From assembly GCA_049516875.1 (NCBI GenBank), contig JBEKSS010000014.1:19743-83742 (forward strand): DNA of 64,000 nucleotides. The letters run 5' to 3'. Positions within the stretch are counted from its first letter, which is position 1. Each line of letters starts with the position of its first letter. Source of the DNA: Candidatus Bathyarchaeia archaeon (lineage in GTDB: Archaea; Thermoproteota; Bathyarchaeia; Bathyarchaeales; Bathycorpusculaceae). The position numbers were made by a program, and so were the translations under genes. This document shows positions 59,714 through 64,000 of the stretch, one piece after another. The notes beneath the pieces are model-generated. The model searched no databases. It worked only from the letters and a program-made list of their open reading frames with translations, and had not been told where the DNA came from.

Positions 59714-60961
59714 TTGATTGTAGCTTTATATTCAATCGTGAAGAACAGCTTCAGCAAGAGTGGACCCTTTACGTACAAAACCCTGGAAGTCCTAGGCCCA
59801 GAGCACGAGTTTTCAATTGTGAATGACGAGCTTGAGGCATTGCCCATCGTAGACAAAATCATAAAGGATTTCCATGGCCGAGTTGTCAACTTCGTCGAAC
59901 AGCCAAGCTTTACCTTTGGCAAAGAGCTTCAGTTGCACGTCATGGAATTCAAGCCCAACGCTCCTTTCAAGACACCGGTGGAGTTTGAGGAAACAATGCA
60001 GGAAGCCATCTTGACGATTCAGGATTTCCTGCAACGTAAATTTCACGCACATCTTCTCGGAACGGGCATGCACCCACTACTAGAACTCGACGAAACTGGA
60101 ATTTGGCCCCACCGCCACAGACAAATCTACGAGGCTTACAGCAAAATCTTCAACCTCAGACGGCACGGATGGCTCAACATTCAGAGCTTCCACCTCAACC
60201 TCCCATACTCAAACGAAGAAAGCGGAATCCTGCTTCACAACACACTTGCAAACATATGCCCATACTTGTCCGCAATCAGCGCTTCTTCACCAATCTACGA
60301 AGGCAGGCTCGGAGACGGAGTCGACAACAGACTGTACTTCTACATGCAAAACCAAAAAGAAATCCCATCAGTAACCGGCGACGTGATTCCAGAATACACA
60401 TCCTCATTCAGCCAGTACAAAACGAACATCATAGGCAAGTACTCAGACGATCTATCCAAGGCAGGCGCAGACAAGCTTGTCCTGAACAAAGAATGGGTGA
60501 ACAGCCGAGGAGTGATTTTCAGGTTCGACAGAAGAGCCATCGAAATTCGAATAATGGACGAACAAGAATGCATCAAATCAGACGTCGCATTGAGCTGTTT
60601 CATCAGAGCGGTATTGAGGGGACTAATGAATCAGGACCCAGAGTTTCTCCCTCACACAGTCCTAGTACAGGATCTCAACGCAATCATGATGAATGGACTC
60701 AGCGCCAGCGTTCATCACCCACACGGAGAGACTGCACGTCGAGTCTGCGAATATTATTACAGCATCGCTCTGGGGAACGCCACAGCAGACGAAAAAAAAT
60801 ATCTCCCTATAATCCAGAGAAGAATAGAATGTGGAAACCTCTCTGAAATCCTGCGGGAAAGAGTGGAGAAAAAAAGCCAGAGAACGGATTTGAGAGAAGT
60901 CATCATCGACACCTACTCGAAACTTGCAGAGAGCCTTGCTAGAAATCAGCCCTACTTCTAG
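59714..60961 (+). CDS. Glutamate-cysteine ligase family 2 (GCS2) protein
   Basis: G.EHEF, KELQ.H..E, GMHP, QSFHLN, SASSP, AIEIR..D.Q. Confidence 0.85.
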   Translation: MIVALYSIVKNSFSKSGPFTYKTLEVLGPEHEFSIVNDELEALPIVDKIIKDFHGRVVNFVEQPSFTFGKELQLHVMEFKPNAPFKTPVEFEETMQEAILTIQDFLQRKFHAHLLGTGMHPLLELDETGIWPHRHRQIYEAYSKIFNLRRHGWLNIQSFHLNLPYSNEESGILLHNTLANICPYLSAISASSPIYEGRLGDGVDNRLYFYMQNQKEIPSVTGDVIPEYTSSFSQYKTNIIGKYSDDLSKAGADKLVLNKEWVNSRGVIFRFDRRAIEIRIMDEQECIKSDVALSCFIRAVLRGLMNQDPEFLPHTVLVQDLNAIMMNGLSASVHHPHGETARRVCEYYYSIALGNATADEKKYLPIIQRRIECGNLSEILRERVEKKSQRTDLREVIIDTYSKLAESLARNQPYF

Positions 60962-61055
60962 CGTTGAATGATACGTGGAAAAAGTCTCAGTGCTCCTTGA
61001 AAAATTCAAATGTTTCAGACTTAATATAGCCTAAATCTGAAGATACGGTGAAAAA

Positions 61056-61529
61056 ATGACGAAAGATTTGACCCTAGACCCGCAACCAGTCCTGGGCGCA
61101 CTGCATTATGCACTGATGTGTTTAGAGAAAGGAGACACAGCCGGTGCAAAACACGGTATCCATGAGGCCTTGTTCCGGATGGGCTTCACGGATGATAACC
61201 TTAGGATGACACCAAAGGAAAGAAAGGAACTTGAGAGACAGAAAGCAAGGCTGTACGCTGGGCTTGCAAAGGATGTTGAAACCGTCGCCAGACGTCAAAA
61301 GCATTATGCAGCAATAGCGTTCAGTGAACGAAAGATCAGCGATGTCGATGCTCAAAAGGCCAAAAGTCACGGGTCCATGGCCAGGGAATTGGATGACGAA
61401 TCAGAATCTGACATATGCCGGGAATTCAGAGCGTACAGAACCAGCATATCGAATCTTTTCGAAGAGCGCGCGAAAAAATACAGAGAACTCGAAGAAATGC
61501 ACCTGAAAAAGGCAAAAATCATGCAATAG
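61056..61529 (+). CDS. Hypothetical helical protein
   Basis: GGTGA RBS, 157-aa ORF. Confidence 0.6.
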   Translation: MTKDLTLDPQPVLGALHYALMCLEKGDTAGAKHGIHEALFRMGFTDDNLRMTPKERKELERQKARLYAGLAKDVETVARRQKHYAAIAFSERKISDVDAQKAKSHGSMARELDDESESDICREFRAYRTSISNLFEERAKKYRELEEMHLKKAKIMQ

Positions 61530-61667
61530 TCAACATTGCATGGCAAAGATGACACCTTACAGCAAACTTCAACAAAAAGACCAGATACGAGTGCAACCTT
61601 TCCAGCGCGAGTCCCTATCGAGGATAATACAGCGCTTGCTAACAGTTAAGGAACGGTTTTTGATGGA

Positions 61668-61781
61668 CTTTTGTAACAAAATACTGTAACAAACCGTCGC
61701 AAATCGGGAAAGACTCCAATTCTCAAGAAGTCAATAAACGTAACATCGTTTTTGGCTCTTTTTCAAAAGTTTGTAACAGAG
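61668..61781 (+). repeat. Dispersed ~115-bp repeat, copy 2
   Basis: Paralogue of 2710-2822. Confidence 0.75.
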
Positions 61782-61876
61782 AACAGTTCTCGAAGAATTG
61801 AGCTTCTTTAGCGCGCGCTTGATTCCAGCCGCAGAAATGCGAAGTTTCATAAAAGGTTTCAGCATAAGCATAGTAT

Positions 61877-62389
61877 ATGAAGGAATTGCGCACGCGTGCG
61901 CAGCGTGCTAACCTGACCAAGGTGCTTTTCGCGCTGATAAAGAATTCAAAGCGGAGCGACAGGGAGCTGGCTAGAGCTCTGCAGCTCTCTCAGCCAACCG
62001 TGACCCGACTTCGGAAAATTCTGGAGAAAGAAGCGATTGAACAATATACTGCGATCCCGAACTTGTCCTACTTGGGTTTTGATTTGATATCATTCACGTT
62101 CTCCACTACAAAGGAGCTTGTTAACCCTCTCGAGGACAAAGGAAAGAAATGGACAGCGGAACAGCCAAGCGTCATGTTCGCCAGCACTGGACAGGGAATG
62201 GACGCAGACGCGGTCATGGTTTCAGTGCACAAGGACTACGCGGACTTCGCCAAGTTTTACCAGAACTTCAGAAGAGACTGGGGTGGTTCCCTTCAGAACT
62301 TCAGGACTTTTCTGGTTAGCGTGAAGGGAAGCGTACTGCTAAAGGCGTTGTCACCAAACTGCTTAGTCGAATCATATGCCAAGGAATAA
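61877..62389 (+). CDS. Lrp/AsnC-family regulator
   Basis: NSKRSDRELA..L..SQPTVTR....LE; Y.AIP....LGF. Confidence 0.85.
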   Translation: MKELRTRAQRANLTKVLFALIKNSKRSDRELARALQLSQPTVTRLRKILEKEAIEQYTAIPNLSYLGFDLISFTFSTTKELVNPLEDKGKKWTAEQPSVMFASTGQGMDADAVMVSVHKDYADFAKFYQNFRRDWGGSLQNFRTFLVSVKGSVLLKALSPNCLVESYAKE

Positions 62390-62522
62390 GCCTGGCTAAA
62401 CACTCACGTTAGCGGTTAACTTCGACCATTAACCATAGAATCCGGTTTTGATTTCTTCAACAAGTCAGCACAGCAAACCTTGATCAAGGTGGATGAGATT
62501 AGCGCGCGTTCTGTGACTTATG

Positions 62523-62924
62523 CTAGCTTATGAGTTCAGCCAACGTGCCGAATGCTTCGAGGAAGCTCTTTCCTTTAGGAGTGGTTCTGTAGGTGGCTGT
62601 CCTTTTGAGAATTTGTACGTCCAGTAGCCCAAATCTAGTGAGCACGTCCATGTACTTGTGCAGCTGAAGACTGCTTAGCCCGACTCTCCGCATGATTTCC
62701 GTTTTCCTGGTTCCTCCAATCGCACAAGTCAGCATGTCCGAGAATATGCCTAACCGATCCCTGTTGCCCTTCGTCTGCGAAAACGAACCTTTCTGCATCA
62801 TGAAAAAGCTTGCAGTGATATTATGTATAAATCCGTTAGGTACGAGCGCTAATGACTCACCTATCGTTTGAAACGTGGAAGAACAAAGTCTGCCCAGTTT
62901 TGACACCCATTCACGTAAAGACAT
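62523..62924 (-). CDS. Winged-helix regulator (start likely about 62801)
   Basis: RDRL.I..D.L...KTEIM....L......Y...L...GLL; Y.TT.KG..FL. Confidence 0.8.
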   Translation of the reverse strand: MSLREWVSKLGRLCSSTFQTIGESLALVPNGFIHNITASFFMMQKGSFSQTKGNRDRLGIFSDMLTCAIGGTRKTEIMRRVGLSSLQLHKYMDVLTRFGLLDVQILKRTATYRTTPKGKSFLEAFGTLAELIS

Positions 62925-62978
62925 GTATTGGGCAGTTTTTTGCGCGCGCTAATACGGTTTGACCGTCATACTCTTCCG

Positions 62979-63488
62979 TTAGAAGTGATTCATGATAAAA
63001 TTCCTAACGGTTCTATGATTAGCCATGAGTTCGACGATCTTTTTTGTAGCTTTGGTTATTTGCACATCAAACAGTCTTGTTATGACCAACGTCAACACAA
63101 ACACAAATATGCCGAATTCAAACATCCCAACAGCGTCTATTGAGCCAACGTACCATATGAAAAGGAATGTAACTGCCGCACCTATCTCTCCCATGAGGAA
63201 GGATCTTATTATGAAATAAAGTCTCTGCACCCACGTAGAAAACAACAGAACCTTGATCACTGCTCTTCTCTCGATGTCACTTTCAGCTCCACTGCGTTGC
63301 TTTGTAACACTTCCTATCTGTTGCAGTACCCTTTTTGCGTAATGAACATCTGATAAACGCAACATCATTTTTGCATAATGAGCATCTGACAAATCCTTGG
63401 AACTTGCGCTTTCAAGCTCTAACAAAATCCTTTGTGCTATTTCGTCTATTTCAGCATCTACTCTTTTATCAGCATCTTTAGTTACCAT
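62979..63488 (-). CDS. Membrane protein
   Basis: Two C-terminal TM segments; overlaps the upstream gene end. Confidence 0.65.
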   Translation of the reverse strand: MVTKDADKRVDAEIDEIAQRILLELESASSKDLSDAHYAKMMLRLSDVHYAKRVLQQIGSVTKQRSGAESDIERRAVIKVLLFSTWVQRLYFIIRSFLMGEIGAAVTFLFIWYVGSIDAVGMFEFGIFVFVLTLVITRLFDVQITKATKKIVELMANHRTVRNFIMNHF

Positions 63489-63765
63489 TATCCCACCCGA
63501 ATATTCTAAGTATTTTGGTTACCAAGTCGTTTAATATGATTTTTGCCTGCTCTGCAGTTAAAACGAGTCTTATGTCTATTCTGTAATGAAACTTGCCAGT
63601 CCTTACGGTTCTTGTACGGTAATCATCAATTGATCCTTCGGTTTTCAATGCCCTCAATGCTCTCTCTAGAAAGTGTGAGACAAAAACAGGAACGAACCGT
63701 TCAAGGATAGGGAACACTCTAATGAAAATTGGGAATAAATGTATAAAAATAGGAAGAAACCTCAC
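63478..63765 (-). CDS. Hypothetical protein
   Basis: 95-aa ORF overlapping the start of 62979-63488. Confidence 0.5.
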   Translation of the reverse strand: MRFLPIFIHLFPIFIRVFPILERFVPVFVSHFLERALRALKTEGSIDDYRTRTVRTGKFHYRIDIRLVLTAEQAKIILNDLVTKILRIFGWDNGN

Positions 63766-63902
63766 AAGAATTGGGAGGAATCGTTCAAGGTTTGGTTTTC
63801 CAAAAGTTCAGAACCTTGTCTATAGGTATATTTTTCACGCCTACGGAATGGACAACAAAAAAGACAAAGAGAAAACCAGCACTAAGAATGAAGACTGAAA
63901 GT

Positions 63903-64000
63903 ATGAAAAATGAAGACTGCAAATTTAAAGTATTGTTTGTATGTACTGGTAATGCATATCGTAGTCCAATATGTGAAGCACTTCTCAAAAAACTTAGACC
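63903..64000 (+). CDS. Low-molecular-weight phosphatase/arsenate reductase family, partial at window edge
   Basis: KVLFVCTGNAYRSPICEALL P-loop. Confidence 0.75.
   Translation, partial: MKNEDCKFKVLFVCTGNAYRSPICEALLKKLR

Overview
Archaeal chromosomal window (TBP, TFB, RadA, pelota, topoisomerase I, tungsten-type AOR, archaeal RNase P RNA). The repertoire of NosD/PEF-CTERM surface proteins, QTSDGG repeat proteins and a STAND-TPR ATPase suggests a Bathyarchaeia-like lineage (inference). The left 15 kb is a tandem array of integrated elements whose attachment site is the last 24 bp of the RNase P RNA gene (copies at 15073, 6386 and 120) rather than a tRNA. Their tyrosine integrase is split SSV-style by the att site, and the halves are in frame across att. 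The most complete element (6386-15096) carries an HUH rolling-circle Rep and a putative three-gene HEPN/TIR-like defence operon. Across the whole window a GCGCGCGC motif, often TA-flanked, occurs about 30 times. It sits at gene boundaries, pseudogene breakpoints and MITE termini. Several other dispersed repeat families, decayed ribosomal-protein duplicates, tiny Lys-rich ORFs, two candidate structured RNAs and a redox/stress gene cluster are also present. All calls come from manual reading; no database searches were run.
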